From Octopus bimaculoides (lineage: Eukaryota), in assembly GCF_001194135.2 (NCBI RefSeq), contig NC_068995.1, positions 51,369,818 through 51,406,169 on the forward strand: 36,352 bases of DNA, in the 5' to 3' direction. Positions 1-11,965 of the stretch are shown here, one piece after another. The notes beneath the pieces were generated by a model. It was not told the origin of the DNA and ran no database searches. It saw nothing but the letters and a program-made list of their open reading frames with translations. Position 1 is the stretch's first letter, and every line of letters begins with the position of its first letter. The position numbers and the translations under genes were made by a program.

Positions 1-48
<48 letters not shown>

Positions 49-627
49 CGGATGGTACTTTGTACGTATAGGTGAACACACGAGATAGGGTGGGGGCGAG
101 GTGTAGTGGATGAGTAAGTTATTCACGAAGAGATCGTATGATGTAGTTACGCGGTAAAAAGCATTAACGCTAACACGGAAAATGGAAAATGTTAAATTAT
201 TAACAAAGCCGGTAGCTTGTTTATGCTGAAAGGTCTGGCGAGATACATATTGACACACTCAGTGGTGTCCCACAATTTCTTGCAGCCATGAGACGAATGT
301 GTTATTAAAACATGGCCGTCGTAAAAAAGGAGAAGTTATTCTCTTGTGACGTACACAACAACGATTAGCATACTTTCGTCCAGTACGCTGTATTCACGTG
401 ATCAGACAGTTCCGGCGCCCATGACAATCGGTTCTTATCTGCTAGCAGTACATGTCTGTGCTCTTAAGCACCATACGTCTATATGAGAGGATTAGCATAT
501 TTTCGGCATAATCTGTCGGAACGTATTAAGATTGCATATGTAAATCCACGCATAAGACCATGTTGTCCGTCAACAGAAAGCAAAAAGCCAAGAAGATAGC
601 TTTCTTCATTTAAATGAATATATGATG

Positions 628-690
<63 letters not shown>

Positions 691-859
691 CATACACACA
701 TATCAAATGTATATTTAGGTGTATCATTTTAGGCATAGGAGGGCCTTTTTGCAGTTTTGTATGATGCTTGAACAGGGCATTTACGTTGTTATTTAGCACC
801 GCATCAAGATTTACCCATCCTCACCCTTTCTCCTTTCCATGATGTTGAAATGAAGCAGA

Positions 860-985
860 GGGGATAAGACGAATACATCGACCCCAGTCTTCAACTGGTA
901 CTCATTTTATCGACTTCGAAAGGATGAAAGGCAAAGTCGACCTCGGCGAAATTTGAACTCAGAACGTAAAGGCAGACGAAAAAAA
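860..985 (-). mobile_element. SINE family A copy
   Basis: atcgacttcgaaaggatgaaaggcaaagtcgacctcggcgaaatttgaactcagaacg (reverse complement of the family core). Confidence 0.85.
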
Positions 986-1204
986 ACTTATTAAAATATT
1001 AACAGAATTGTGCCAGACACTAATCATTTCATATCATTAGCGGTACAAGATTGATTGCCCTGCCACAAATACAAAAGTGCAAATACAGTAGCGTAGATTA
1101 ATTAATAACCCGCGTTTCTGCAGTATTGCTAATTTTGTAATACTTCTTCAATTAATAGTCTTAGAGCTGTAACTATAGGAGGTAATCCTCACGCTTTATT
1201 TTGT

Positions 1205-1470
1205 CGACAAAACATGCAGACGTTCAGGTTGATCAGATTAAAAATAATGTTAACGTCTCCCTCCCTCTCACTTTTCCATGCGTACATACATATTTTTTTT
1301 CTCATTTTTCTTTCTCTTTGTTTCTCTCCTTATTTCTTTCTGTGTTCCTTTCAGTTGAAGAACGTAGGCCCGAAACATCAAAGACTTTCTCTATTCCCGA
1401 GCGTTAAACTAATACATCCATTTGTTGTTTACACCACCTGTTTTCGTCTGTTGTTTTTTTCGTAAATTCT
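1205..1470 (+). repeat. Interspersed repeat related to 10970-11165 (gaag..ccgaaac motif reminiscent of Penelope-like termini)
   Basis: Both copies share cccgaaac.tca...tctc...ttcccgagcgt..aa followed by ttgttg/T-rich tail. Class assignment is uncertain. Confidence 0.4.
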
Positions 1471-1692
1471 CCCATACATACATACATACATACATACATG
1501 TAAAAGAGACTGACTCTGATTCTCCGAATCGAATGTCATACAAATCTTCAGATCTGTATGACATTCCAAAGATTCCCCATCTGAGATGCTTTAGATGAAC
1601 AGAGGTACACACCTGCGTGTATGCATCGACAGCTCAACCGCCATATTAATCCAACCACATGTTTACGAACACCAGGAACTCTCGTAACTCAC

Positions 1693-1941
1693 AAAGTCTT
1701 GTTTGCTTCTTAGCGGCCAGCTTAAACTCTCTTAAAAACTTAAGTGAAACTCAAAGAAAAACGTGCACACATGCACACGCACACACAAACACATACGCAC
1801 ACATAAACTTTTATAAGGAAAAAGTTGGCAGTGACTTTGAAATTTCGGATTGCTTGCCTTTGTCAGACAGTCTGATGAAGGCGAGCAGTCTCTGCTCTTT
1901 TAACCGCTTTTCTCTGTCAGAGTTAGTAAATATGTAGCCTT
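1693..1941 (-). CDS. Two candidate exons (1858-1941 and 1693-1749) of an unidentified minus-strand gene
   Basis: 84 nt and 57 nt, both phase 1-1 and open: EGYIFTNSDREKRLKEQRLLAFIRLSDK|VSLKFLREFKLAAKKQTRL. Needs a GC donor (AAAG|gcaagc) and a gag acceptor; second donor gtgagt. Confidence 0.28.
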
Positions 1942-2917
1942 CTGAAAGGTGTTGACTAAGTCTTCAGATGAATGTTAAATTCATTACACGAGTACAACAT
2001 TGACCTTTCTGAAACCTGCGCCCTTCTAAATAATGTTATTATGCCCTTTTCTCCTGGAATTGTATTCCTTTCTGACCTTGAGCCCCACCTTCGAAAAATT
2101 CTTGGGACCGCATCTGACACACTCTACTTTCTGTGGTCTTAATGAAAAGTTTGTTTTCGGGTTCGCACTTAACCTTGTCTCCATGGCGTGAAAGAAGAGT
2201 CAGATGATAACACTTCTCCTGAATGGGACGCTAGTCCACAGCAAAATTAACCTCTCAGTTTTTGCTGGAACTCATTTACGATGGAGTGGAATGGAAATGA
2301 AATGTAACGCACTAGCGTAGTTGTGTGTGTTTTGGGGGTNNNNNNNNNNNNNNNNNNNNNNNNNNNNNNNNNNNNNNNNNNNNNNNNNNNNNNNNNNNNN
2401 NNNNNNNNNNNNNNNNNNNNNNNNNNNNNNNNNNNNNNNNNNNNNNNNNNNNNNNNNNNNNNNNNNNNNNNNNNNNNNNNNNNNNNNNNNNNNNNNNNNN
2501 NNNNNNNNNNNNNNNNNNNNNNNNNNNNNNNNNNNNNNNNNNNNNNNNNNNNNNNNNNNNNNNNNNNNNNNNNNNNNNNNNNNNNNNNNNNNNNNNNNNN
2601 NNNNNNNNNNNNNNNNNNNNNNNNNNNNNNNNNNNNNNNNNNNNNNNNNNNNNNNNNNNNNNNNNNNNNNNNNNNNNNNNNNNNNNNNNNNNNNNNNNNN
2701 NNNNNNNNNNNNNNNNNNNNNNNNNNNNNNNNNNNNNNNNNNNNNNNNNNNNNNNNNNNNNNNNNNNNNNNNNNNNNNNNNNNNNNNNNNNNNNNNNNNN
2801 NNNNNNNNNNNNNNNNNNNNNNNNNNNNNNNNAAATCAATAGTTTTAAATAAACAAATTTATACAGTTCTATATTTAAGAGATGAGGAATTATGTACATT
2901 ATTTACATTATTTACAT

Positions 2918-3150
2918 TTGACGTAGTGGTTAAGAGCGCGGGCTACTAACCCCCAAGATTCCGAGTTCAATTCCAGGCAGTGATCTGAATAATAATAATA
3001 ATAATAATAACATCGAAAAATACGTTAGGAATGAGAACCCAGGTTCGAAATTTCCCCAAGACACCTGATGAAGGCTGGAGGGTATACCAGGCAAAACGTT
3101 GTGTTAACAACAAACAAGATGAGGACAAATATCCGTCAAATGTAAATAAT
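2918..3150 (+). mobile_element. tRNA-headed SINE-like repeat
   Basis: gacgtagtggttaagagcgcgggctactaacccc...gagttcaattcc (A/B boxes), internal (AAT)n, then cctgatgaaggctggagggtata...aaacgttgtgttaac. Confidence 0.7.
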
Positions 3151-3304
3151 GTAAATAATGTAAGCAAATTTATTTTTTGAAGCATGACGCACATTGATAC
3201 GGCATTCAAGAAAAGAGAATTAACAAGGTTGCTAAACCTACAAGAAACAACAGCTAAACATTCCTCAAATCACACTTCCCCACTGTGAGATGAAATCCTT
3301 CCTA

Positions 3305-3510
3305 CTGTAGGCATAAGGCCTGAAATTTTGGGGAAGGGGCTAAGTCGATCACATCGACCTCAGTACTTGACTGGTACTTAATTTATCGACCCCGAAAGGA
3401 TGAAAGGCTAAGTCGACATCGGCGGAATTTGAACTCAGAACGTAAAGACAGACGAAATACTGCTAAGCATTTCGCCCGGCATGCTAACGATTCTACCAGC
3501 TCGACACCTT
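3305..3510 (-). mobile_element. SINE family A copy
   Basis: Near full-length match to the family core. Confidence 0.85.
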
Positions 3511-3825
3511 CCACCGCGAGATGAAATCGTAGGTGTATGTAAGATTCGTTTTTGGAACAGTGAATCTCGATGCATGTAAATACTGGGTTGAAGACCGCTT
3601 TTGGATTGGAAAAAATTTAAGGCTGCCCGTGGGACACGAATCAACATCCCCCGTAGGCATGATATATCATGCATTTTAAGGCAGGATGGTCATCGATGGA
3701 AGGGCCTTGATGACAGAAGTCTGCTCGTTCGGAGTTGACCGAGTGAACAATTACGAAGTAGCTTTTCACAACGATTACAAGGATAACGGGTAGGGAGAAA
3801 GATAGACAGACAGATAGATAGATAA

Positions 3826-3862
<37 letters not shown>

Positions 3863-4501
3863 GAGAGTGAGAGAGAGAGTGAGGGAGAGTGAGAAAGCAT
3901 TCATCACAAATCCTGTTAGAAATAGCAGTTAAGTGCTGCCTCGAATCACATCCTGCCGTCCGTAAATAAAACGAAATGTTACACTGGGTGCCGTGATTCT
4001 GTTAATATGTCTGAACACGTTAAGAGATGCGAGAAGCCAAGACGATAATACCCTTTGATCATGGACCTCTAGGACCAGGGATGACCTGGGGCTAAACAAC
4101 AGCAGCAATAACAACATCAACAACAATAGTAACAGCAGTAACAACAACAACAACAACAACTGAAACAAAACGAGGACAGTAACAGCAAATAACCTGAGCA
4201 TGAAAATTACTTACCCTGCCGCTGCTAATGGCTTTACGAAATGAATAAGTCGCGTGTGAAGTGTACATGTATATGCGTGTATGCGCATGTATGCATCATG
4301 TGTGTGTGTGTGTGTGGATGGTGTGTGTATGTATGTATGTATGTATGTACGTATGTATGTATGTATGTATGTATGTTCAAACGAAATGCAAGGTGATTGT
4401 AACTTCGAAGCTTCCACCAGCAGCGGCTCTGCATTGCGTCCCTTATCGGATTTTGTTATCAAGTATTTATTAAGGCTCTTTATAAACACAAACTCCCAAA
4501 T

Positions 4502-4584
4502 CTATTTCTGCATCACACTGTCTGTTTGTCTGCCTGTCTGCCTATCTGTGTGTCTATCGATCTAGCTATCAGTCTGTCTGCCTG

Positions 4585-4650
<66 letters not shown>

Positions 4651-4659
4651 CATCTATCC

Positions 4660-4709
<50 letters not shown>

Positions 4710-4710
4710 T
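4502..4710 (+). repeat. (TCTG)n/(CTAT)n compound tetranucleotide array; (TATG)n at ~4325-4375 and (GATA)n at ~3805-3860 nearby
   Basis: Direct reading. Confidence 0.9.
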
Positions 4711-4939
4711 TGTCTCTCTATGTGCATTAGTTTGTGTGTGTGCGTGCGTATGTGTATGCATGTGGTGTTTCCTACAACCAGTGCAGTTTGTTGGCGCTAG
4801 TGTTGGTAGGGGCGGTGCGGATGGTGGTGGTGGCGGCGTTATAAGTATTGATGATGAACGGATGACGTGTATGCATAGATGTACTGAAGCTGACTGATTC
4901 TGCTTTCCCATAACAACAACAACAAGGCTGGCTCACGAC

Positions 4940-4974
<35 letters not shown>

Positions 4975-5348
4975 CGGCGATGGCTGTGGAGGACGATGGG
5001 TGGTGAAGACGGGGGTTGGGGAAGGCGGTGGCAATGGTGGTGGTGGTGGGGAGCGATGTTGATTGCGAAGGTGGCACTTGTGGGGATACCTGTGAAGGTG
5101 GTGGTTGTGGCAGTGGTAGCGCTGATATAATAATAATNNNNNNNNNNNNNNNNNNNNNNNNNNNNNNNNNNNNNNNNNNNNNNNNNNNNNNNNNNNNNNN
5201 NNNNNNNNNNNNNNNNNNNNNNNNNNNNNNNNNNNNNNNNNNNNNNNNNNNNNNNNNNNNNNNNNNNNNNNNNNNNNNNNNNNNNNNNNNNNNNNNNNNN
5301 NNNNNNNNNNNNNNNNNNNNNNNNNNNNNNNNNNNNNNNNNNNNNNNN

Positions 5349-5475
5349 TTTATCGACCCCAAAAGGATGAAAGGCAAAGTCAACCTCGCCGGAATTTGAA
5401 GTCGCATCATAAAGACGAACGAAATGCCGCAAAGCATTTTGTCCGGCGTTCTAGCGATTCTGCCAGCTCACTGCC

Positions 5476-5476
<1 letters not shown>
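5349..5476 (-). mobile_element. SINE family A copy (truncated by gap)
   Basis: tatcgaccccaaaaggatgaaaggcaaagtcaacctcgccggaatttgaa... Confidence 0.8.
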
Positions 5477-5535
<59 letters not shown>

Positions 5536-5536
5536 T
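5477..5536 (+). repeat. (AAT)n microsatellite; further arrays at ~7808-7885, 8398-8455, 14965-15030, 21040-21170, 33342-33395
   Basis: Direct reading. Confidence 0.95.
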
Positions 5537-5800
5537 AGGGAGAATTTGGAGCATGCGAACAGTAAAGTTCTGCCTATAATAATTGGTGTGTTGGGAACAA
5601 TAAGCCAAGGTCTAGACAAATGGCTGAAGGAGATTGAAATAAAATACCCGGTAGAGCTCCAACAGAAAGTTTGTCCCTTAGGGACATCAAAGATTATCAG
5701 GAGGGTTCTGAGCACCTAAGGTTACAGGTAGTAACCCACTATCTGCATAATTCCTATCAGGAATAAGATTGAACTTGAGCCAAACCAAAATAATAATAAT
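5537..5800 (+). mobile_element. 5'-truncated R4/Dong-type non-LTR retrotransposon: ORF C-terminus, 3' UTR and (AAT)n tail
   Basis: Degenerate translation VKVLPIIIGVLGTISQGLDKWLKEIEIKYPVELQQKVCPLGTSKIIRRVLST* matches the typical PIVIGALG...LQK..LLGT..ILR.VL end of restriction-like-endonuclease LINEs. Ends in aataataataat. Confidence 0.8.
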
Positions 5801-6930
5801 ACTATTAATGTGGAAGTGACTGCCGGGAGGAATTGCAGAAGAACTGTACAAATTTCTTGATGAGAACGATATGTTACCGTTTCAGGTTTTAGGAGGAGAT
5901 GCAGAGGTACCAAAGACCAATTACTGATGGACAAAATGGTAATGCAAGATTGTAAACGACGGAAGACAAACTTGGTAATGGCCTGGACTGATTATCGTAA
6001 AGCTTACGATATGATTCCACATTCGTGGATCATCGAGTGCTTAGATTTGTTTGGAATTGCGATGTATGTAACGTGTTTTCTGAAGAGAAGTATGGTGGGG
6101 TGGAAAACTGAGGTGACATCCTATGGACCAAGCTTGGGCACTCTGGGCATCAGAAGAGGGATTTTTCAGAGTGATAGCCTACCTCTGTTGCTTTTTGTCC
6201 CCTGCATGATTCCTCTGACCTTGGTACTTAGGAAAATGAACCTAGGGTACCAGCTAAAGGGAAAATCTCAAACAATCAACCACCTCCTCTTCATGGATGA
6301 TTTGAAGCTGTATGGCAAGGACGAGGCACAAGTGAATTCTTTGGGGAACACGGTTCATTGTTTTAGTGCTGATATTAGAATGGAATTCGAACCCAAGAAG
6401 TGTGGTATAATCTATCTGATTAGAGGCAAGATAGAGTCCCTAGCAGGGATAGAATTACCTAATAGAGAACTGATTAAATAAATTGAAAAGGAAGGCTACA
6501 GATACCTTGGCATACTAGAGTTCAACGAAATCATGGAGAAAGAAATGAAAGAACAACTGAAGATGGAATATTTCCGAAGACTAAGATTGGTGTTGCGTTC
6601 AAAATTGACCGGATGGAATAAAATCCAAGCAGTTAATACACGGTATGGAGCTCGAATCATAAATTGGCACAAGAAAGAACTGACGAACATGCATACGAAG
6701 ACAAGAAAAATATTGACAGTGCACGGAGCGTTCCACCGATAGGCTGTACTTGTCCAGAAGAAAGCGTGGGAGAGGTTTGATCAGTTGCCAGGGTTGTATC
6801 GAAGTAGAGGAAAACAGCTTAGGGTGGTATGTAAAGAATACCGTGAAACCATTTTTGAAACATGTGAAGAAGTCTGACCAAAGAAGGGTCTCTGCGATCT
6901 TCTGACGAGGAAGGAGTCCCTCTCTGTTTT
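5801..6930 (+). mobile_element. Decayed R4/Dong-type reverse transcriptase fragment
   Basis: RT motifs [31 protein letters not shown](S)[20 protein letters not shown]; in-frame stop at 6481 and frameshifts. Confidence 0.92.
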
Positions 6931-7021
6931 TAGGGTGGGGCCCCAAAGTAACCGGCTTCCGCCTTGCAAAATTCCTTTTAGAAAACCTCTGTGTATGTAT
7001 GTATGTATGTATGTATGTATG

Positions 7022-7310
7022 TGTCTGGAATCCTCGAGACAGCATGAAGAATTTAAGCGAGCTGCGCGAAAGTGTACGGCTCGTATAGTGAATGGGGAAA
7101 GCTTAATCTGCAATGTTTGCAGTCGTGTATGCTTATCAAGAGCAGGGCTCATTAGCCACCAACGGAGCCGCAAATGCAAAATGTAAGTTAGTACTAGAGC
7201 GCAGAATGTTCCTGAAGGTCGGCAATGGTCTTCCTCGGTCACGAGTGGACGGCCATCATGTATGTATGTATGTATGTATGTATGTATGTATGTATGTATG
7301 TATGTATGAA
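7022..7310 (+). mobile_element. 3' end of an RTE-clade LINE with C-terminal C2H2-type knuckle and (TATG)n tail
   Basis: ESLICNVCSRVCLSRAGLISHQRSRKCKM* resembles the C..C.R.C.SRIGL.SH.R end of RTE/BovB-like ORFs, then a short UTR and (TATG)n. Confidence 0.75.
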
Positions 7311-7669
7311 TGTATGTACGTGTGTGTGTGTGGGGGGGGGGGCGTGTGTGGATAGAAGCGTAAGTATACATAATCTCAAGTGTGTAAATATGTACATACG
7401 CTTATGCAAGTCGTTTATTTGCATAGAGGGATGGATACGTTTAACCTTAAGTATAAATACACAAAGAAAAGAAAGGAAATTCGTGTGCACACCATGTTAT
7501 TTGCACGCATATTCTATTGCTATACCATGTTTGAAATTACCTGTCTTATCTAGACATATGATTATTCCTTTCCTGAAATCTGCAGAATATATTGAAATCA
7601 ATACCAGCATATTACTGGTACTGACACTATTAAATGTTTCCTGGAGATTAGAAAATAATCATTTCTACT

Positions 7670-7803
7670 AATAGGCACAAAGCCTGAATTTTGTGGGGAG
7701 GGCGACAGTCGATCACATTGACAATTTGAACCCAGAACGGCGGCAGACGAAATACCGCTAAGTATTTCGTCCAGCATGCTAACGATTCTGCCATCTCGCC
7801 GTC
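7670..7803 (-). mobile_element. SINE family A copy with internal deletion
   Basis: Both ends of the family present; central gaaaggatgaaagg segment missing. Confidence 0.7.
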
Positions 7804-7806
7804 TTT

Positions 7807-7888
<82 letters not shown>

Positions 7889-8068
7889 CAACAGGCATGA
7901 ATGAATGCCCTATAATTAATAATAATCTACACACGAATAAATGCTATACTCCTATCCAAACCCTTCTTCCCTCTTGAAGAAAACAAACTGTACACCGTCT
8001 CCAAACTATAAATATCAACGTAACACCGTAACGCAATCAACACCGGCGCCACCAAGCAAGCACCTGTT

Positions 8069-8122
8069 GTTGCCAAGGAAACAGATAGCCTAGAGAGCAC
8101 ATCGTATACCGTCCGCCCCGCC
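8069..8122. promoter_or_regulatory. Candidate promoter: RFX X-box (GTTGCCAAGGAAAC, 8069-8082) plus GC box (CCGCCCCGCC, 8113-8122)
   Basis: 14-bp match to the X-box pattern GTTGCCATGGCAAC with 2 mismatches, inside a repeat-free, CpG-containing island (~7940-8390). Confidence 0.5.
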
Positions 8123-8392
8123 TCTCTCTGTGCCCCTCTTTGTTTCTCTCTGTCTGTCAGCCTGTCTCCCTTCCTCCCTTCTCTCTCACACACACCTTCG
8201 ACCTATCTACATTGTACAAATCAGGCGAAGGTTGTTAGCAATAAATGAACACCCGAGTTTTTCGCTTTCTCTTCTACCGACCATCAAATATAGTTAGCTC
8301 ACCTAATAATCTAAATCCGATTATATTGATCCGACAGACAGAGCCAACTGTGCCAGTTACACGAAACACAAACTCTTTCAATGTTGTTGTTG

Positions 8393-8456
<64 letters not shown>

Positions 8457-8494
8457 AGTAGTTTATCAGTTTTGTCTGTATCATTTTTTTGTCT

Positions 8495-8690
8495 TTAACT
8501 TTTACTTGTTCTAGTCTTCAGACTGATTGCGGCCACACTGGAGCACCACCTTGAAGGGTATAAGTCGAACAATTCGACCCCCTCAGCTTATCTATTTTTT
8601 AAAAAGTCTGGTACTTATTTCATCGGACTCCTTTTGCCGAACCGCTAGTCTACGGGGAGGTAAACAAACAGACAATAGGTGACAAACACA
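8495..8690. mobile_element. Interspersed SINE-like repeat
   Basis: tgcggccacactggagcaccacc...gtcgaacaattcgacccc...ggtacttatttcatcg shares the ggtactt-atcg core with family A. Confidence 0.5.
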
Positions 8691-9023
8691 GGCGCAGACA
8701 TACACACGTGCATACAGACACACACTCACACGTGCGCGCGCGTGCACACACACGTGCACACACGCACGCACACGTGCACACCTACCTACCTACATACATA
8801 CCCACATACATGCATACATGCTACGACGCCAGTAACAGGGGCTAAAAATCCCCGGATGGATTTGAATTCCCACACGAAGCAACATGGCAAAATATCGAAC
8901 TGAGAACACCGTCTTGCTGTGTCCTGCTGTGTCCTGCTGTGTCCTGTTATGACCTGCTATGACTCGCTGAATTCTCTCTGGCCGAAGAGACAAGAGAGTT
9001 CAATCATCAATCAATCAATCAAT

Positions 9024-9056
<33 letters not shown>

Positions 9057-10348
9057 AAAGGCATATATTGGTACAGGACGTCACCAACAGTTCAAATAAC
9101 ATGGAATACGTAAACAAACGAGGGAGAAAACGAGTGAAATACGTGAGCAGCGAGAAAAAATGGAAAACGGGACAAATAAACATAGAGGAAAGACCCTTCC
9201 TCAGTTGTCGGCTGTCTGTCTACTCCTCATTTTGAGTATTCAACGACAATATATATATATATATATANNNNNNNNNNNNNNNNNNNNNNNNNNNNNNNNN
9301 NNNNNNNNNNNNNNNNNNNNNNNNNNNNNNNNNNNNNNNNNNNNNNNNNNNNNNNNNNNNNNNNNNNNNNNNNNNNNNNNNNNNNNNNNNNNNNNNNNNN
9401 NNNNNNNNNNNNNNNNNNNNNNNNNNNNNNNNNNNNNNNNNNNNNNNNNNNNNNNNNNNNNNNNNNNNNNNNNNNNNNNNNNNNNNNNNNNNNNNNNNNN
9501 NNNNNNNNNNNNNNNNNNNNNNNNNNNNNNNNNNNNNNNNNNNNNNNNNNNNNNNNNNNNNNNNNNNNNNNNNNNNNNNNNNNNNNNNNNNNNNNNNNNN
9601 NNNNNNNNNNNNNNNNNNNNNNNNNNNNNNNNNNNNNNNNNNNNNNNNNNNNNNNNNNNNNNNNNNNNNNNNNNNNNNNNNNNNNNNNNNNNNNNNNNNN
9701 NNNNNNNNNNNNNNNNNNNNNNNNNNNNNNNNNNNNNNNNNNNNNNNNNNNNNNNNNNNNNNNNNNNNNNNNNNNNNNNNNNNNNNNNNNNNNNNNNNNN
9801 NNNNNNNNNNNNNNNNNNNNNNNNNNNNNNNNNNNATATATATATATATATATATATAACAGGTTTCTACAGTTTTCTGTTCACCAGGTTCGCTCACACG
9901 GCATTAGCCAGTCCGAGACCATAGTTTATAGTGTTAGTCAGTTCCAGGTGAGCCATGAGCGAGAAGGCCTATCATCAAAAGCGTTCCATTTACGACTATC
10001 TCATCTCTTATTCAAGCGGCGCATCTAATTTAATTACCAATTTAATTACCGTATTTAATTACCAATTTAACTACGCATTGAGTTACTTCCCTTAACTTCT
10101 ACAGTGTGTCAAGATTTATTTCCCTTGTCGAGTACCGTAACACTACATCTCGTCGACATCGTAACTAAAATGTTCTCATATCTGAATTATTTATTGCAAA
10201 CGCATTTACACCCGACAGTTGAAGATATAAGAAGTAGCCATTTCGCTTGTCCTGTGCACTGTGTTTGTACTTTAGACTTTCATTTCTGTCTTTCTTTACT
10301 TGACTTTCTGCTGCTTTCTGTCCCATCTATTACTTTTTTACCAACAAG

Positions 10349-10471
10349 TTATCGTGCACCTGAGCGCAGTATACAACAAGCTCTGTCGAATCATCATCGA
10401 CATTTTAAAGTTCCACATGGAAAGGAAAGAGAGGAAAATGTCATTTTCCTGCGAATTTGTCAAAAAGGACG
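10349..10471 (+). CDS. Candidate internal exon of an unidentified gene (123 nt)
   Basis: ~70-nt pyrimidine tract then caacaag| acceptor; donor ACG|gtgact; phase-1 frame (V)IVHLSAVYNKLCRIIIDILKFHMERKERKMSFSCEFVKKD(G) is open. The phase-2 frame is also open. Confidence 0.45.
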
Positions 10472-10909
10472 GTGACTGTAGCAAAAATGGTTAGGCTGAA
10501 TGGAATTACTCTAAGCATGCACCAGTACCTGTAGAATGAAGAACAACGGAAAGGTTAGGGCCTGTGGTCTTAGTGGGCAGGTTGATTCTGGATCTGTAGG
10601 GTTTCTTGATTGCCTTTAGATGGAGGCCACCCTTCATCAAAAAGATTGCATCATCCATGTGTTCACATATTTTGTCTATTATGTATATTTATTATTTTGT
10701 CTATTATGTATATCGTTTATCTCATTCCCCCTCCTCTCCACTTCTTTCCACCATTTTTTTTCTTTATGTAGCTTCCCCTTCACGAATTGTAAGATGTTTT
10801 TGTAATATTTTCCAGAAGCAATAAATAGGGTTTTTGTGGTATATTTGTTTTTCTAGATGGTTGAATGACGTTTTTCATTGTTGAATTTGTTGCTAGTGGT
10901 TCTTTCTCT

Positions 10910-10972
<63 letters not shown>

Positions 10973-11914
10973 CCTCGTGGGCATCGGTGCCGATTTTCTC
11001 TTCCTCCGTTTTTCCATTCTTTGAACTTTCCGTCTTTCCGACAAAGGGCTCCGCCCGAAACGTCATACTCTCTCTCTTTCCTTTCCCGAGCGTCCAATAA
11101 CACTATCCGTATCACGTCCTCACTTTGTTGTTTTTTTGTTATTGTTTTTTTGTGTGTTTTTTTTAACTATATATATATATATAACAAACAATTGTAAATC
11201 TTTTCCCTTTGTAAACGTCAGAAGAATCAAGTATACAGAGCAATGTGGGTGTAGTGTAGTATGAAAGTTTATATATGACTTTATTAAAAATATTTTTTAA
11301 TTGTGGTGAGAGTGAAATATCAAAAGGAGGATTGTACCAAGTTACGTAAAGTTTCCCGTTTTTATTATTTCCAGTGTTATTTTCGTATTCTATAAGAGTA
11401 AATTTATAATTGCATCCACTTTTAGATAAAGCTTCGTTGAAGTAAGCCTGATGATTAAGAAATATTGTTTAATTGCAGTGTAGTGTTTTTGACAATATTG
11501 ATTGTAATGTTTCTAAGATAGTTTGAGTAACTGCAGATGTTTTTGAATGTTTCGTACGATTTATGGAATGAATAATACATAAAATCATTTTAGCTGAGAA
11601 TTACGGTCTAGATGTAATGGATTTTTGGTAATTCGTAAATTAATAACCTATCATTCTGTAGAGCCCTCATTCAATCTGTGGTACCTAATTTTTACAATAA
11701 CAATCCCGCTAAATCGCAATTTGTAAGGGCCCAATAACAAAATCAATAAGCATACAAAAATATCTTGATACAAACAGCATTATTATGTTTTGAAATTATT
11801 TTCCAAGCTTACATAACTATTATGATTTCATATTAAAAAATGTATATGATACAAATTGCAAAATTTAAGGAATTATGAACAAACTTCGAGTGACTGAAAA
11901 ATAATTTCGTTTTT

Positions 11915-11965
<51 letters not shown>

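Noticed and set aside
5927-6481. 184-aa RT ORF as a possible active or domesticated gene
   Set aside because: Bounded by frameshifts and stops, with the GIFQGD motif mutated to GIFQSD; a dead LINE fragment.
8925-8950. Short direct repeats (TGCTGTGTCC)x3; also duplicated caccaaatgcagaata at ~34361-34402
   Set aside because: No spacers or cas genes and a eukaryotic context; ordinary slippage duplications, not CRISPR.
10349-10365. YRAPE in the alternative frame (kinase subdomain VIII look-alike)
   Set aside because: No DFG before and no DxWSxG after; a five-residue coincidence.
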